Below, piece by piece: positions 39,575 to 49,932 of a DNA stretch of 64,000 nt (positions are counted from its first letter, which is position 1; each line of letters begins with the position of its first letter). The DNA is from Polyangiaceae bacterium. Lineage in GTDB: Bacteria > Myxococcota_A > Polyangia > Polyangiales > Polyangiaceae. Location: assembly GCA_965222375.1 (NCBI GenBank), contig CBDCTZ010000008.1, positions 288,001 through 352,000 on the forward strand, given 5' to 3'. The notes beneath the pieces were generated by a model. The model was not told the DNA's origin, did not search any database, and saw only the letters and a list, made by a program, of their open reading frames with translations. The translations under genes were made by a program, and so were the position numbers.

Positions 39575-40723
39575 TCAGTCGGAGCCGCTATCCGCCGGGG
39601 CGCCACCACTGGCTGCGCCGCCCGTACCCGAGTCGGTGCCACCAGCGCCGCCACCTCCGGTGCCTGCGTCGGTACCGCCCGAGCCACCGGTGCCGCCATC
39701 CGTGCAATTCGGAATGCCGGCGCTAGCATCGGCGCCCGTTGCGGGGGAACAGCTTCCCGCGCGCAGTGCGTTGGTGGAGACGTTCGAATCCGGTTCGCAG
39801 ATGTAGCCCGAAGGGCACTCCGCGTTGCAGTCGCACAAAGTCACGCACGCTCCGACGTCTCCGGTGGTCGCTGCGGAATCAAAGACCAGACCGCAGAGTG
39901 CGTCGCCCTTGTTACCTGGTCCAGCCCAGCCGCAGGAATTGGGCGCGTTGAGGATACAGAACTGACTGCAAAAGCGCTCCGTAGTACCGGTCACCCCTAC
40001 GCAGAAGCCCTTGCACTCGTCGGGCGTAGCGGTCTGGCAGCTCTGACCGAGGTCCTTGCCCGTGGCAGCAGTCGTCGTGCAGAGCCCTGTGCCCGGGTTG
40101 CAGGTGTGGCCAGCTGGGCAGTCGCTGTCGACTGCGCAGAGCGCGGAGCACGCGTTGAACGTCTCGTGACACATATTGTCGGTGGCACAAGCTTGGCCCG
40201 CCGGACAGGGCGTGTTCGCATCGCATGGCCCCAACCCAGCGCCACGGAGGAACCGGTTGCAGCCGACGTCGGTGCGACCTTGGCACTTGCCTGGACCAAA
40301 GGGCGCGCCAACGGTGCAGCCAGCCAAACAGAAGTTATCCGGGCCACACTCGCCATTGGGATCGAACGCCTTGCAGTCCGCCGCGGCAGTACAGGGCGCG
40401 CTGCAGTAGCCATGGGCCGGACCTTCGCCGTCCCAAGCCCCCGAGTCGGGTAGGATGCAGGTCAGGCCAGTCCCGCACTCGGCGTCGCCCACGCAGCCGC
40501 GCGCCAGAGCCGTAGTGGTGCCGCCGGTACCGCCGCCGCCGGTGTTGCCTACGCCGCCGCCACCAACGTTGCCGGTCGCGCCGAAGCCAGCGCTTCCGTC
40601 GACCTTGACGCCGCCGCTTCCGGAGCTGCCTCCCCCGCTGTCATCGCTGCTACAAGCAAAAGAGGTCCCGCCAAACGACGCTGCGAGCAGACCCAAACCC
40701 AACCACGGCAAAACTCTTTTCAT
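39575..40723 (-). CDS. Cys-rich lipoprotein (disulfide repeats)
   Basis: Signal ending FAC-SSDD; Gly linkers; many CxxxxxC modules; GPAHGYCS. Confidence 0.75.
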   Translation of the reverse strand: MKRVLPWLGLGLLAASFGGTSFACSSDDSGGGSSGSGGVKVDGSAGFGATGNVGGGGVGNTGGGGTGGTTTALARGCVGDAECGTGLTCILPDSGAWDGEGPAHGYCSAPCTAAADCKAFDPNGECGPDNFCLAGCTVGAPFGPGKCQGRTDVGCNRFLRGAGLGPCDANTPCPAGQACATDNMCHETFNACSALCAVDSDCPAGHTCNPGTGLCTTTAATGKDLGQSCQTATPDECKGFCVGVTGTTERFCSQFCILNAPNSCGWAGPGNKGDALCGLVFDSAATTGDVGACVTLCDCNAECPSGYICEPDSNVSTNALRAGSCSPATGADASAGIPNCTDGGTGGSGGTDAGTGGGGAGGTDSGTGGAASGGAPADSGSD

Positions 40724-40948
40724 GATTCCCAAGCCTCCTACCAAACCAAGCTCAGCGGCGGGGCACTTAGCACGGCCCGCCGACCTCACCAAGCCTTACT
40801 TCCAGAAAGCCATCGCGCAACTCAGCTGTTGTGCGCAGCAAGACCCGTCTGTGGATAGACGCGAGGCAGCAGCGCAGGTTTCACATTATTTGCACCTGCG
40901 AGGTCCACCGATACGTAAATACCTGGAATCGTTATAGACTTCCCTACT

Positions 40949-42070
40949 GTGACGCGCACCGACACGGTTCCCATCACAGCGCTGCTCGCTCCGGACAAAC
41001 TGAAAGGCTGCTTGCGTGCGGTCGCTGCAGCGGAGTTCATGGCGCTCGGCGCGGACGCCGCCGGTCTCGTGAGCGTCAGCTGCCCTCTCGCCGACGGCGG
41101 GGACGGCACTTTGGAGGTGCTGTGCGACGCCGGGGGCGGGCATGTCGAGTGGGTCGAGACCACGGATGCCTTGGGGAGAATCATCGATGCACCGATGGGA
41201 ATTCTACCCGACGGAACTTCTATCTTGGAGGCCGCCAGCTGTCTTGGTCTGGCTCGACTCGGCACTGAACGGGATCCGCTGTCCGCCAGCAGCCACGGCC
41301 TCGGAAGCTTGCTGCTGCATGCGCTCAGGCGTGACCCGCCGGGCATTCTCGTGGCCCTCGGCGGCACGGCAACCATGGATGGTGGCGCCGGCATGCTCCG
41401 AGCGCTGGGCGCGAGGCTGACTGGGGCGCCGGACCGACCTCGGGGGCGCGATCTTGGATCCATTACGCATGCGGATCTGCGCGAGGTCATTGCGCGGCTG
41501 GCGCCTAGGCGACTCAGCGTTGCATGTGACGTGACCACGCCGTTGGGATCCGCAGCGTTGACCTACGCCCCTCAGAAGGGTGCAACGACAGAACAGGCCC
41601 AGAGACTTCAACGAGACCTCAACGGATTCGGGCAACTCTTGGGTGACGGAATCATGACACTGCCTGGAGGTGGCGCCGCAGGGGGGCTCGGCGCCGCGCT
41701 GCACGCCCTCGGAGGCCACTTGCACCGCGGTATCGATCTGGTGATGGATAGCGTGGGCTTCGAAGCCAAGCTCGAACAGGCCGACCTGGTGATCACGGCG
41801 GAAGGCTGCCTCGATGCCACTTCCCTGGAAGGAAAGGTGCTCTCCGGGATCGCAGAACGAGCCCAACGCATCGGCACGCCCGTGGTGTCCCTGGCGGGGC
41901 GCGTCGAAGTGTCGCAAGCCGTCCTGAAACGCAGGGGTGTGACGGCCGCCATTGCGATCCAGCCCGGGCCCGTTACCGAGGCGCAAAGCCGTGAGCACGC
42001 CGCCGATTGGCTGCGGAGTCACACCGCCGCAGTGTGCCGCTTGTTCGCCGCAGGCGCCGCAGGGCGCTAG
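40949..42070 (+). CDS. Glycerate kinase
   Basis: APDKLKG, PLADGGDGT, GGTATMDGG, APQKGA, GAAGGLG, ITAEG, GK. Confidence 0.9.
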   Translation: MTRTDTVPITALLAPDKLKGCLRAVAAAEFMALGADAAGLVSVSCPLADGGDGTLEVLCDAGGGHVEWVETTDALGRIIDAPMGILPDGTSILEAASCLGLARLGTERDPLSASSHGLGSLLLHALRRDPPGILVALGGTATMDGGAGMLRALGARLTGAPDRPRGRDLGSITHADLREVIARLAPRRLSVACDVTTPLGSAALTYAPQKGATTEQAQRLQRDLNGFGQLLGDGIMTLPGGGAAGGLGAALHALGGHLHRGIDLVMDSVGFEAKLEQADLVITAEGCLDATSLEGKVLSGIAERAQRIGTPVVSLAGRVEVSQAVLKRRGVTAAIAIQPGPVTEAQSREHAADWLRSHTAAVCRLFAAGAAGR

Positions 42071-42082
42071 ACGGATTGGCCC

Positions 42083-43033
42083 TCAGCGCTCGGGCTCCGC
42101 CGCCGTCGGCAAAGCCACGTAAGGCGCCCCCTCGGGTGCAGGCTCCGTGTGCACCAGCACGTCCTGCACCTCGGGCAGTTCTTCGTGAATCGCGTCGATT
42201 ACCCAATGGGTAACCTGATGCGCCGTTACAACATCTAGATGGGGCGCAATTTGTACGTGGAGATCGACGTAGACTGCGCCGGGAGTTCCTCGAGTTCGGA
42301 CTTTGTGCACACTGGCAACGCCCGGCACGACTCGAGCCGCCGCGGCGATCCGCTCTGGGTCGACCCGCGCCGCATCTGCCAAGTAGCCCAAGTTCTTTCG
42401 CAACACGCCCCAGCCAGCCCAAGCGATGAAGCCGGCAACGACGACTGCGGCTGCTGCATCCAACCAGTACCAGCCGCGCCACACACCCAAGATCGCAGCC
42501 ATGACTGCCAGCGTTACCAGCGCGTCCGACCTCGTGTGGGCAGCATCGCTCTCGAGCAGAGGACTGGCCAGGCGCCCGGCCGCTCGCTGCTCGTAGGTTG
42601 CCACCACGATGTTCACGACCAGTGTGAGCGAGAGCACCAGGAACGCCCCACCGTCCACAGTGGGTAGTGTCCCTCCGTCGCCAAAGAAGCGCTGGAAAGC
42701 ACCGCGCACCACGTCCGCGGCCAAGATGAGCAGCGTTAGCCCAACCAGCCCAGCTGCGATGGGTTCGATCTTCTCGTGACCGTATGGGTGACCATGATCG
42801 GCGGGTTGACTCGCCAACGCGATGCCAATGAAACCGATCAGATTGTTGGTCGAGTCGGTCAGAGAGTGGAATCCGTCCGCGCGGATCCCAAGACTGGATG
42901 CCCAAAGACCGTAGGCGATCTTCATACTAGCAACCGCCAAATTCAGCACGAAAGTGATCGCCAAAACGCGCCGGATCCTGCGAGCACGCTCCTGGGCGTA
43001 CTCGTGCTTTCGGGAGCGGCGCGAAGCAGCCAT
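42083..43033 (-). CDS. Cation diffusion facilitator (FieF-like)
   Basis: ADGFHSLTD, HPYGH, HTRSD, DVLVHTEP. Confidence 0.93.
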   Translation of the reverse strand: MAASRRSRKHEYAQERARRIRRVLAITFVLNLAVASMKIAYGLWASSLGIRADGFHSLTDSTNNLIGFIGIALASQPADHGHPYGHEKIEPIAAGLVGLTLLILAADVVRGAFQRFFGDGGTLPTVDGGAFLVLSLTLVVNIVVATYEQRAAGRLASPLLESDAAHTRSDALVTLAVMAAILGVWRGWYWLDAAAAVVVAGFIAWAGWGVLRKNLGYLADAARVDPERIAAAARVVPGVASVHKVRTRGTPGAVYVDLHVQIAPHLDVVTAHQVTHWVIDAIHEELPEVQDVLVHTEPAPEGAPYVALPTAAEPER

Positions 43034-43101
43034 GGGCGCGGGTCAGTGCTGCGCGATCGGCGAGCGCCAGTTGAAGATCCCTCGCCGATCGTCTTGGGTC
43101 A

Positions 43102-43767
43102 TCACTTCATGCGAGTGAGCATCGGCATGCTTTCTCGGGCCGATACGTTGCGATGTACATAGTGGTAGGTGTGGGGACGCGCGTGGTGCTCCGAGTGGCG
43201 CTGACACCAGAGCTTTTCGCCCTTGGATTCCGCACGAGCTTTCAGACATTGCGGACAGGGCGGCTCGATGGACGGCATCAGCGCTTCCTCGACCTGCGGT
43301 CGCACCACGAGCACGGGGCTCGGCGCAAGTCGAACCACACCCTCCGCGACGGATCCAAGCAGGAGCCTGCGCATGCCTCGGCGGCCGTGGGTGCCGACGA
43401 TCACCAGGTCAGCTTCGAGATCCGACGCCAGCTGGGCGATCTCCTCGGCCGGTGCATCGAGACGAAGATGTGTAACCGCCCGTGCAAACACAGGCAGCTT
43501 TGCTTTCTCGCGCTCGCGTACGAACGTCTCCAGTCGCGATTCGACGAAGTCCTTCAACTTGCGTGACGCCTCCTCCATGCTGAGCGTCTCGATCTCGCCA
43601 CCGATCTCGAGGTGCACCATCGGCCCGTATGCACGGGCAACGTTCACGACGTGTAGCTCGCCATCCTTTTCATCGCTCGCGCGCTCGAACGCACGGGTCA
43701 GCGCCACGTCACCTGTTTCCGAAAAGTCGACGCCGACGACGACGACGAAGGGCTTTTCATTGGCCAT
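43102..43767 (-). CDS. Universal stress protein with Cys/His-rich C-terminal extension
   Basis: VVGVDFS, GTHGR, LGSVAE; tail CPQC...WCQRHSEHH..PHTYH. Confidence 0.9.
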   Translation of the reverse strand: MANEKPFVVVVGVDFSETGDVALTRAFERASDEKDGELHVVNVARAYGPMVHLEIGGEIETLSMEEASRKLKDFVESRLETFVREREKAKLPVFARAVTHLRLDAPAEEIAQLASDLEADLVIVGTHGRRGMRRLLLGSVAEGVVRLAPSPVLVVRPQVEEALMPSIEPPCPQCLKARAESKGEKLWCQRHSEHHARPHTYHYVHRNVSARESMPMLTRMK

Positions 43768-43825
43768 GGTTCCTCAACTCCTTTTCTTTCGGATCGCGCC
43801 CCTCGAACTGGGCCCGCGCAGTAAT

Positions 43826-43841
43826 TGCAGGTGGCGTGCCA
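43826..43841 (-). promoter_or_regulatory. Sigma-54 -24/-12 promoter of the usp gene
   Basis: Minus strand TGGCACG-CCAC-CTGCA, about 60 bp upstream of ATG 43767. Confidence 0.75.
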
Positions 43842-43972
43842 GCCGTAGCGATCGGGTATTTGCCGAGCTTATCCCAGGCGCTCGGTCGCGATTGCGCAAA
43901 TATTGCAGAGTCGCCGTTGCAACGGCAAAAGCTGCCGCCGACCTGGACCCGGAGCATGGGAAGCTCTGACTC

Positions 43973-44527
43973 ATGAGCGCCCTGCACCCCGCCGATGTGA
44001 TCGTAGCCGAACACCGAATCATTGCCCGCATGCTCGACGTGCTCCGAGCATTGGCCGAACGCGTCGAACGGGGTCAAGAAGTCGCCCAAGAAGACCTGCG
44101 GGCCACAGTCGTCTTCTTTCGCGACTTCGTAGACCTCGGTCACCACGAAAAGGAAGAGAGCGTCCTGATCCCGGAACTGGCTCGGGCTGGCGTGGATTGG
44201 AACGCCGAGCCGTTGGCGAAGATCCGAGCGGAGCACAACCAGGAACGCTATCTGGTTCGATCTCTGCGGCACTCATCACTACAGGACACAGAATGGAGCC
44301 AGGACGATGAACGGCACTTCGTCAGCATTGCCAATCAGCTCGTTGAACTCCAGCGAGCCCATTTGGCGCGAGAAGGTGCCGATCTGATCCCACTGATTCG
44401 CGATCGACTCCCCGCAGACCGCCTCGAGTACGTTCAGCGAGAATTGGCCACGATCGACGCTGGGCGCGCAGGCGGCGTAAGCGAACCCGACATCCAGTCT
44501 TTGGTCGATCGCGTTCTGTCAGCGTGA
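43973..44527 (+). CDS. Hemerythrin-like (HHE) domain protein
   Basis: EH..I, HHEKEE..L.P, EH, H...E pattern. Confidence 0.82.
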   Translation: MSALHPADVIVAEHRIIARMLDVLRALAERVERGQEVAQEDLRATVVFFRDFVDLGHHEKEESVLIPELARAGVDWNAEPLAKIRAEHNQERYLVRSLRHSSLQDTEWSQDDERHFVSIANQLVELQRAHLAREGADLIPLIRDRLPADRLEYVQRELATIDAGRAGGVSEPDIQSLVDRVLSA

Positions 44528-47341
44528 CGCCGTGCCGGCGCCACGAACGAGCTTGACCACCTCGGACAGCAGCCATGTGCTCGCGGATAGGAGCATGACC
44601 GACGCCGCTAGCGCGAGAGGCAGCGCGGTTGTGCTGAACATGCCGTGCAAGGGGCCAACGTAGACCGCCAGAGCTTGCAGCCCAAGGGCTGCGCCGAACG
44701 CGCCCCAAAGCCTCAGATTCGCGAAAGGCCCTAGGCGAAAGACGGACAGTTCGTGGCTGCGGCTGCCGTGAGCGTGAAACAGGGGCGCCAGAGCCAGCAC
44801 GCAGAACGCCGCGGTGCGCGCGGTGGTGAGCGCGACGCCGCTTGCGGTTGGCCCTCCCTGCCAGATGAACACGCCCATCCCCAAAACCCCGATCCAGGTC
44901 CCGTAGAAAGCAAGATGCAGCAGCTCGCGCCGTCCAATGATGCCTTCGTCGGCGCGGCGTGGTGGGCGCCGCATGGGGTCAGCCCGGGCGGGCTCCATCC
45001 CCAGCGCGAGCGCGGGCAGTCCGTTGGTGATCAGGTTTATCCAGAGGATCTGGGTCGGTGTCAGCAGCGCGGGCCACCCGAGCAACGCTGCGACCAACAC
45101 TGCCAGGACCAAGCCCCAGTTGACGGCAAACAAGAACACGATGAAGCGCTTGATGTTCGCGTAGACTACGCGCCCTTCTTCAATGGCGGCCACGATGGTC
45201 GCGTAGTTGTCATCCAACAGGACCATATCCGCGGCCTCGCGCGTGACATCGGTGCCCCCTTGCCCCATCGCAACGCCAATATCCGCCGCCTTGATCGCCG
45301 GCGCGTCGTTCACTCCGTCACCGGTCATTGCAACGACGCGTCCGTCCCGCTGCATCGCCTCGACTAGGCTCAGCTTGTTCTGTGCGGTGGCGCGAGCCAC
45401 CACTCGCACATCTCGACTGACGAGAACCAAGTCTTTTTCTGGCATTTCATCGATTTCAGGCCCAGTGAGGACGACCCGGTCCGCAGAGCTGTCACCGACC
45501 AATCCGATCTCTTTGGCGATCGCCCGAGCCGTTCGGGGATGGTCGCCGGTGATCATCACGCTGCGAACCCCGGCCTGACTCGCTCGCGCGACGGCGCGAG
45601 GCACCGCCTCCCGCGGTGGGTCGGAAAGACCAATCAGCCCCAGCAGCTCCGTTCCGTGTTCGAAGCGTTGCAGCAGCTCACCTCTTCGCTGGGAGCCGGG
45701 CGGGATCGAATCGCGGGTCTTGTCTTCGAACAGCGCCGAGACAGCGAGCACCCGTAGCCCCTTGCGGGCAAAGTCTTCGAGCAGAGCCGTGATTCGCTCG
45801 CGGGCCTCGGTGCCCAGCGGCACGACCTCCTGGTCCGGGCCCCGGAACACGGCTACGTCCGAAAGTATGGCCTCGGGCGCACCGTGGGTGTAGCTGACGA
45901 TTCGATCGGCGTTCTCCGCAACCACGGTCGCGCGCTTGCGTTCGCCGTCGAAGGGCAGCACCCGGGCGGACCGAAACAAGCTATCCGAGCGCTGATCCGG
46001 TAGCAGCTGCCTTCGATGGAACTCCAGCAGCGCGACGTCCGTTGGATCCCCTCGGACCCGTTCCTCCTCCCCTTCTTCGCCAGCTTCCAAGCGCGCTGCG
46101 GGCGTAAACCCCATCGCCCGCAGGAGTTGCTCCATGGCTGGGTCAGCCTTCAGCTCCGCATCCAAGGTGTCCGCTTCAATGCCCTCGGACCGACTCGGTA
46201 CCCATAAGTAGCGGACCCGCATCTTGTTCTGCGTCAGTGTGCCCGTCTTGTCCGTGCAGATGACGTCAGCGCTTCCCAAGGTCTCGACTGCCGCGAGTCG
46301 CCGAACGAGGGCACTGCGCTTGGCCATGCGCTGAACCCCCAGGGCCAGCACGATGCTGGTGACTGCTGGCAACCCCTCGGGAATGGCGGCAACCGCGAGG
46401 GACACTGCAGTGAGCAACCAGAAGCCCAAGCCCGCGCTGTCGCGCCACAACCCGATGCCAAGGATCAACACGGCCAGGACGGCGCAACCCGCCACGACGT
46501 AGGTCCCAAACCTCCGCAAGGAGCGTTGCAGCGGCGTGTCCGGAGACTCCACACACTGTAGCATTGCCGCGATTTTTCCGATCTCCGTCCCCATCGCCGT
46601 GGCAACGACGGCCCCCGTCGCGCGACCCCGGACAACATGGCAGCCGGCGTACGCCATGTTGACGCGCTCCGCCAAGGGAGTCTCTTCGGGCAGGGGCCCG
46701 CGTTCCTTTTCGACGGGCTGACTCTCGCCGGTGAGGGCGGCCTCGACACACAGCAGATCCTCCGGCTCCAGCAAGCGCAAGTCTGCAGCAACCCGATCGC
46801 CCTCTTCCAACAGAACCACATCGCCGCAGACGAGTTCCTCGGCCACCAGGCGGAGCGTTTGCCCTTCCCGGACCACCGTGGCCTCTGGCGACCCCAGCGC
46901 ACGCAGGGCACGCAGGGCATGTTCCGCCTTGCGCTCTTGCGCGAAACCGATCGCTGCGTTCAGTACCACGATGATGCTGATCGCGATGGCATCCCCAAAA
47001 CGCTCCAATATGGAGCGATCCGCGGCTTCCACATGGGCCAGAACGACCGCGAGCACGGCAGCCACCAAGAGCGCAATCACAGTAACGTCCGTGAACTGAC
47101 CCAGCAGAACCTTCCACGCCGGGGTCGGAGCCGCCTCTTCCAAGCGATTCGCGCCGTCCCGGGACAGTCTCTGGGCGGCCTCGGCTCGGGACAATCCAGA
47201 GGTCGGCTCCACATCGAGCAGCTCGCAGATCCGCGCATCGCTCAGCGCGTGCACCAGAGTTCCTCGCAGACGTTGCGCCGCAGATCCGCCAGCACGCAGC
47301 TCCTGCGCTGGCGCTTCAGCCTGGGTGTGCGGGGCGGTCAT
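44519..47341 (-). CDS. P-type ATPase, type II (Ca2+/cation transporting)
   Basis: TGES, PEGL, DKTGTLT, TGD, GDGVND, WINLITNG. Confidence 0.95.
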   Translation of the reverse strand: MTAPHTQAEAPAQELRAGGSAAQRLRGTLVHALSDARICELLDVEPTSGLSRAEAAQRLSRDGANRLEEAAPTPAWKVLLGQFTDVTVIALLVAAVLAVVLAHVEAADRSILERFGDAIAISIIVVLNAAIGFAQERKAEHALRALRALGSPEATVVREGQTLRLVAEELVCGDVVLLEEGDRVAADLRLLEPEDLLCVEAALTGESQPVEKERGPLPEETPLAERVNMAYAGCHVVRGRATGAVVATAMGTEIGKIAAMLQCVESPDTPLQRSLRRFGTYVVAGCAVLAVLILGIGLWRDSAGLGFWLLTAVSLAVAAIPEGLPAVTSIVLALGVQRMAKRSALVRRLAAVETLGSADVICTDKTGTLTQNKMRVRYLWVPSRSEGIEADTLDAELKADPAMEQLLRAMGFTPAARLEAGEEGEEERVRGDPTDVALLEFHRRQLLPDQRSDSLFRSARVLPFDGERKRATVVAENADRIVSYTHGAPEAILSDVAVFRGPDQEVVPLGTEARERITALLEDFARKGLRVLAVSALFEDKTRDSIPPGSQRRGELLQRFEHGTELLGLIGLSDPPREAVPRAVARASQAGVRSVMITGDHPRTARAIAKEIGLVGDSSADRVVLTGPEIDEMPEKDLVLVSRDVRVVARATAQNKLSLVEAMQRDGRVVAMTGDGVNDAPAIKAADIGVAMGQGGTDVTREAADMVLLDDNYATIVAAIEEGRVVYANIKRFIVFLFAVNWGLVLAVLVAALLGWPALLTPTQILWINLITNGLPALALGMEPARADPMRRPPRRADEGIIGRRELLHLAFYGTWIGVLGMGVFIWQGGPTASGVALTTARTAAFCVLALAPLFHAHGSRSHELSVFRLGPFANLRLWGAFGAALGLQALAVYVGPLHGMFSTTALPLALAASVMLLSASTWLLSEVVKLVRGAGTASR

Positions 47342-47459
47342 CGGGTTCCTGCTGGGTAAATGCCGGATTCACCCCAAAAATGTGACCTGATGAAGATCAG
47401 CTGAGAGGGCCTGCGTGCTGACTCGGACGCCTGGAACAAGGCGCAGAGCTTTCCCTCGC

Positions 47460-47475
47460 GGGCATGTTTCTTGCC
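47460..47475 (+). promoter_or_regulatory. Candidate sigma-54 -24/-12 promoter of the cco operon
   Basis: GGGCATG-TTTC-TTGC with correct GG-N10-GC spacing. Confidence 0.55.
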
Positions 47476-47499
47476 AAGTCGCGGCCCGTGACTAGCCAA

Positions 47500-49737
47500 A
47501 TGGAAAAGTTTCGCTACGACGACGCAGTCGTTCGCAAATTCGCGTTTGCGACGATCGTCTGGGGCTTGGTGGCTACCTTGGCCGGACTCTGGGTTGCGCT
47601 GCTGATGGTGGTGCCAGCACTGTCCTTCGACCTGCCCTATCTGACCTTCGGTCGGCTGCGACCGCTGCATACCAATGCCGCCATCTTCGCCTTCGCGGGC
47701 AATGCGGTGTTTGCAGCGGTGTACTACTCGAGCCAGCGCTTGCTCAAAGCCAGGATGTTCAGTGACAAGCTGAGCGCGGCTCACTTCTGGGGGTGGCAGG
47801 GCATCATTGTTGCCGCCGCCTTGACGCTGCCGCTCGGCTTCACCCAGGGCAAGGAATACGCAGAGCTCGAGTGGCCCATCGACATCGCAATCGCGGTGGT
47901 CTGGGTGATCTTTGCGATCAACTTCTTCGGCACCATCGCCAAGCGACGCGAACGTCACCTGTACGTGGCGATTTGGTTCTACATCGCAACCATCATCGCG
48001 GTCGCCGTGCTGCACATCTTCAACAGCCTCGCCGTTCCGGCGGGCCCGTTGAAGAGCTACTCGCTGTATGCGGGCGTTCAGGATGCCTTCATGCAGTGGT
48101 GGTATGGGCACAACGCTGTCGCTTTCTTCCTTACGACGCCGTTCCTGGGCCTGATGTACTACTTCTTGCCCAAGGCCGCGAACCGTCCCGTTTTTTCCTA
48201 CCGCCTGAGCATCCTCCACTTCTGGGCCATCGTCTTCATCTACATCTGGGCTGGCCCTCACCATCTGCACTACACCGCATTGCCTGAGTGGGCCTCCACC
48301 CTCGGCATGGTGTTTTCGGTCATGTTGTGGATGCCCTCTTGGGGCGGCATGATCAACGGCCTGCTGACGTTGCGCGGCGCCTGGAACAAGGTTGCTCGCG
48401 ATCCGGTGCTGAAGTTCTTCGTGGTTGGGGTGACCTTCTACGGCATGAGCACCTTCGAAGGTCCGATGCTCAGCATCAAGAGCGTCAATGCCCTCTCGCA
48501 TTATACGGACTGGACCATTGCCCACGTGCATAGCGGAGCGCTGGGGTGGAACGGCTTCATGGCCTTCGGGCTGTTGTACTGGCTCACGCCAAAGCTCTTC
48601 CAAACCAAACTGTGGTCCCGAAAGCTCGCAGAAGTGCACTTCTGGGTCGGGACCCTTGGCATCCTCTTCTACATCGTCGCGATTTACGCCGCGGGTGTGA
48701 CCCAGGGCCTCATGTGGCGAGCATTCGACGAGACGGGCCGCCTGGCTTACCCCGACTTCGTCGAGACGGTCGTGCGGATCATCCCGATGTACTGGGTCCG
48801 TGTCCTAGGCGGAACGATGTTCGTCGCCGGCACGGCGCTCTGCCTCGTCAACATGCTCATGACCTGGAAGTCGCGTCCCAAGACCTACGAAGAGCCGGTG
48901 CACGAGGCCCCCGCGCTGGGACCTGACCCCGAGCGTGCCCCACACCCGGACGTCCCCGCCGAGGCCACTTCGACCGGCATGGCCTATAAGCTGAAGTACT
49001 TCACCTCGATGAGCTGGCACCGGCTTTGGGAGCGTCGTCCACTGACCTTCACGGTTTGGGTGGTAATCGCCGTAGTCGCGGCTTCGCTGTTCGAGATCGT
49101 TCCAACCTTCTTGATCAAGTCGAACGTGCCGACCATCGCGAGCGTGAAGCCCTACACGCCCCTCGAACTCGCCGGCCGGGACATCTATCTGGCCGAGGGT
49201 TGCTACAACTGCCACTCGCAGATGATTCGTCCGATCCGCTCCGAAACGGAGCGCTACGGTGAGTACAGCAAGCCAGGTGAGTTCGTCTACGACCACCCCT
49301 TCCAATGGGGCTCGCGGCGGATTGGCCCTGACTTGCAACGCGTAGGCGGCAAGTACCCGCACCTCTGGCACGTGCGACACATGGAGGAGCCGTCGAGCAC
49401 GACGAAGGGCTCGCTGATGCCTCGCTATCCATGGATGCTGTCGGACAGCATCGACTTCTCGGGAATCCAGTCGCGGGTGGACGCCATGGCGATGCTCGGC
49501 GTGCCCTATCCGGAAGCGGTACAGGGCAAGGCGGAACCCATGGCCCGAGCCCAAGCCAAGGTAATCGCCACGGAAATTGTCACTCAAGGCGGCCCCGCTG
49601 GTCTCGAAGACAAGCAGATCGTCGCGCTGGTCGCCTATTTGCAGCGCCTCGGAACCGACATCAAGGGAGGCGCGTCGGCCTCTGGCAGCTCCGATGCGAC
49701 TAACACCTTCGCGGCGCGAAAGGCAGGTGCGCCGTGA
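47500..49737 (+). CDS. ccoNO: cbb3-type cytochrome c oxidase, fused subunits I/II
   Basis: RLRPLHTN, WWYGHN, GPHH, HVH; then EGCYNCHSQ, WGSRRIGPDL. Start may be GTG 47488. Confidence 0.96.
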   Translation: MEKFRYDDAVVRKFAFATIVWGLVATLAGLWVALLMVVPALSFDLPYLTFGRLRPLHTNAAIFAFAGNAVFAAVYYSSQRLLKARMFSDKLSAAHFWGWQGIIVAAALTLPLGFTQGKEYAELEWPIDIAIAVVWVIFAINFFGTIAKRRERHLYVAIWFYIATIIAVAVLHIFNSLAVPAGPLKSYSLYAGVQDAFMQWWYGHNAVAFFLTTPFLGLMYYFLPKAANRPVFSYRLSILHFWAIVFIYIWAGPHHLHYTALPEWASTLGMVFSVMLWMPSWGGMINGLLTLRGAWNKVARDPVLKFFVVGVTFYGMSTFEGPMLSIKSVNALSHYTDWTIAHVHSGALGWNGFMAFGLLYWLTPKLFQTKLWSRKLAEVHFWVGTLGILFYIVAIYAAGVTQGLMWRAFDETGRLAYPDFVETVVRIIPMYWVRVLGGTMFVAGTALCLVNMLMTWKSRPKTYEEPVHEAPALGPDPERAPHPDVPAEATSTGMAYKLKYFTSMSWHRLWERRPLTFTVWVVIAVVAASLFEIVPTFLIKSNVPTIASVKPYTPLELAGRDIYLAEGCYNCHSQMIRPIRSETERYGEYSKPGEFVYDHPFQWGSRRIGPDLQRVGGKYPHLWHVRHMEEPSSTTKGSLMPRYPWMLSDSIDFSGIQSRVDAMAMLGVPYPEAVQGKAEPMARAQAKVIATEIVTQGGPAGLEDKQIVALVAYLQRLGTDIKGGASASGSSDATNTFAARKAGAP

Positions 49738-49931
49738 GGCTGTCGGACATCATGAGCGCCATGGGCCTCGAAGGCTGGGCCGAGCTAGCGCTGCTGATTT
49801 TCCTGGTTGTCTTCGCGGTCGTAGTCGCCCGCCTGTTCAACCCAAAGCGACGCGACGAATACGAACGCGCTGGCCAAATCCCTCTTGAAGGAGACTTGGA
49901 CGACGCCGACCTATCGGAAGGGAACTCCTGA
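49734..49931 (+). CDS. ccoQ: cbb3 oxidase small subunit
   Basis: 65 aa, single TM, IPL; lies between ccoO and ccoP. Confidence 0.8.
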   Translation: MRLSDIMSAMGLEGWAELALLIFLVVFAVVVARLFNPKRRDEYERAGQIPLEGDLDDADLSEGNS

Positions 49932-49932
49932 G

